From positions 1 through 35,833 of the forward strand of contig CALSCO010001383.1 in the NCBI GenBank assembly GCA_943704415.1: DNA of 35,833 nucleotides. Reading direction: 5' to 3'. The stretch is from Parvularia atlantis. Taxonomy: Eukaryota. Shown here one piece after another: positions 33,588 through 35,833 of the stretch. Every line of letters starts with the position of its first letter. The stretch's first letter is position 1. Under the pieces are notes generated by a model. It searched no databases. It was not told the origin of the DNA and worked only from the letters and a program-made list of their open reading frames with translations. The position numbers and the translations under genes were made by a program.

Positions 33588-35746
33588 ATGCGAGTCGTCC
33601 TCGTCGCCGCCGCCGTCCTCGCCCTCGCGGCCACCGCCGCGTACGGTGCGTGCTTGCGCGCACGCGTGCGGGCACAGGGAGGGTGCGGGCGGGCGCGGGC
33701 GTGGCGGCCGGGGGAATTTTTCGCTGGACGACGACGTGGACGCGATGGGCGACGCCGCTGACGTGCGCGCCGCGACCGGACGCAGGCGCCGACTGCGACC
33801 AGCAGTGTCTCGACACGTACGAGCCCGTCTGCGCCAGCAACGGCATCACGTTCCAGAACGAGTGCCGCCTGCAGGTAGCCGCGTGCAAGGCCGCCGTCAC
33901 GTTCACGCTCCAGCACGCCGGCGAGTGCACCGACGCGGAGTGTCCCGCGGCCTGCGCCAATGTCTACGCGCCCGTCTGCGGCAGCAACCAGAAGACCTAT
34001 GGCAACGGTGCGTGCGCGCACGCGGGGCGGCGCGGGCTGACGACTCGACCGGGCAGAGTGCGAGCTCGAGCTCGAGGCGTGCGCGCTGAAGGCGGAGGTC
34101 TACGCGGTCTCGCGCGGCGCGTGCCCCGAGCCCGCCGCCGCCTGCGATGCCGTCTGCGCCGAGGTGTACGAGCCCGTGTGCATGGACGGTGCCGACTTTG
34201 GCAACCGATGCGAGGCCGAGGTGCAGGCGTGCAAGGACGGCAAGAGCCTAACCGACGTCGCCATCACCGCGGGCGTCTGCGTCCCGACGGCCGACTGCGA
34301 CACCGTCTGCGCCCAGACCTACGAGCCCGTGTGCGCGCTCTTCGGCACGAACGAGCTCAAGACGTTCCCGAACGCGTGCGAGGTGCGACGGGTCGGCGGC
34401 GTGCGTCGGCTCAGCTCACGCTCGCGCCGCCACAGGCGATGCACACCACGTGCAACGGCATCGACACCGTCTCGGTGCTGCACGAGGGCGCGTGCACGAC
34501 GCGCGACAAGGCCGCCCTGTTCCAGTATGGCAGCCCGTGCATGTATGCCTGCCCGATGTCGTACGACCCTGTCTGCGCCAACGACGGCCGCACGTACCCC
34601 AACATGGTGCGCGCGCGTCCCTAGCCGGCTGACATCGGCTGTTGTGACTCACGCCTCGCCCCGTGCGCCCCGCCAGTGCGAGCTCCGCCGCATCGCCTGC
34701 GGCACCGTCCCGCACCTCGTTGCCGAGAAGACCGGCGAGTGCGTCGACGCGCCGCTGCAGGAGGACGAGGCGCCGTCGGCCTGCGCCGCGGCCCTGTGCC
34801 CGGCCGGCACGCGCTGCGTCGAGACGCCGAAGGAGTGCTTCACGACGCCGTGCGAGCAGTTTGATTGCGTGCCGGCCAACGACGACGACAACGGCGGCGA
34901 CGAAGACGAGTGCAACTTTGCCTGCCCATTGATCTACGCGCCCGTCTGCGGCAGCGACCGGCGCGTCTACGGTAACCGCTGCGAGCTCGAGGGCGCCATC
35001 TGCCGTGCACGCAAGGAGGGCAAGGCCGCGCTGGCGCTGCTGCACGAGGGTGTTTGCGTGGACGAGGGTGTGCGCACACTTGGCGTACTCTACTGCGCTG
35101 CTCACCGCGCGCGTGCTTGTTGCGCAGACTGCTTCCGCGCCTGCCCCAAGAACATCGCGCCCGTGTGCGGCACCAACAAGCTGACGTACGACAACGAGTG
35201 CTACCTGCAGCAGGCCGCGTGCGAGGCCGGCCTCGGCGGCCAGACGCTGGTCAAGGCGTACGACGGCGAGTGCAACGTGCGTCGGACCGCGTGCGGCTGG
35301 CGTGGTCGTGCCTGACTCCCCGTTGCATGCGCAGACCGACATTGTCTCGGGCGGCACCCCCGACGGCGCCCGCAAGCTCTCGCTCGCCGTCGTGATCGGC
35401 GGCGCAGTCGTAAGTGGCCGCCTGGGTGCGCGAGCGGCAGCGAACGTGTCTAATTATACCGCGCGCGCCCGCCCCCCTTTCCCCCGCAAAACGTCCGACA
35501 TTCTCTTCGGCGGAAACGCGGACGCGCTAGGTCGGCATGGTCGTGTTCGGTGCGATTATCGCTGCGATCGTGGTCGTCGTGCGCAAGCGCCGTGCGACGG
35601 GCTTTGAGCCGCTCCTCGCCAAGCCGGCCGACATCTACACGGTGCGCCGGGCCGCTGCTTCTGTCGTGGCCTGTGCTGACGCCGCCTCGTGCGCGCAGGA
35701 CTCGTTCAGCAACGCTGACCTGGAGCAGGTCGGCGAGCAGGCGTGA
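33588..35746 (+). CDS. Type I membrane protein with 7 Kazal domains and one follistatin-N-like Cys module
   Basis: Signal peptide MRVVLVAAAVLALAATAAY; seven C-x3-C-x3-Y/I-x-PVC..N-x-C..C..G-x-C repeats; CAAALCPAGTRC module; TM LAVVIGGAV/VGMVVFGAIIAAIVVVV followed by RKRR; short tail. Stop 35744-35746. Confidence 0.9.
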
Positions 35747-35833
35747 GCGCGCACCCGTCACGGGCAGGACCGTTCCGTTTGACCCCCCAAAGTCTCCGTC
35801 GCAGCGAAACCGCCCCGTCTTCCGGCCCCCCCC

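Noticed and set aside
104..35761. Hundreds of long Arg/Ala/Pro-rich ORFs in the six-frame track, including antisense ones
   Set aside because: Expected from high GC and scarce stop codons; the sequence is explained by spliced gene models on one strand.
1..35833. CRISPR array, transposon, prophage or bacterial operon/defence system
   Set aside because: No repeat-spacer array, transposase, RT or integrase motifs seen; the DNA is spliceosomal-intron-rich eukaryotic.

Overview
GC-rich, extremely compact, intron-dense eukaryotic nuclear DNA, not prokaryotic. Most ORFs in the supplied track are exon/intron chimeras or off-frame artefacts. Manual splicing (donor mostly GTGCG, branch CTGAC/CTCAC, acceptor YAG, introns mostly about 50-80 nt) gives 19 protein-coding genes filling almost the whole window: GALNT (partial, -), BCKDK/PDK-family kinase (-), SLC35A nucleotide-sugar transporter (+), VIT1/CCC1 (-), NRDE2 (+), NDUFA3/NI9M (-), MRPL32 (+), MRPL45/Mba1-like (-), NEPRO/Rmp1 (+), NOL11 (+), TMEM242-like (-), KIF1/unc-104 (+), RPL22 (-), fungal-type ADAM (+), TIPIN/Csm3 (-), glutaredoxin-like DUF836 (-), MRPS34 (+), RPC4/POLR3D (-) and a membrane-anchored 7-Kazal protein (+). 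The mix of fungal-like and animal-like genes suggests a unicellular opisthokont (nucleariid or unicellular holozoan; inference). Notable points: divergent start codons only 15-45 nt apart and convergent stops as little as 19 nt apart; frequent GC-AG introns and a GTGCG donor; an ADAM whose tail carries two PPxY motifs plus a terminal zinc finger; a Kazal array with seven different P1 residues; a non-animal ppGalNAc-T near a nucleotide-sugar transporter; and one AT-rich structured intergenic island. All gene identities come from motif recognition by eye, not database searches.
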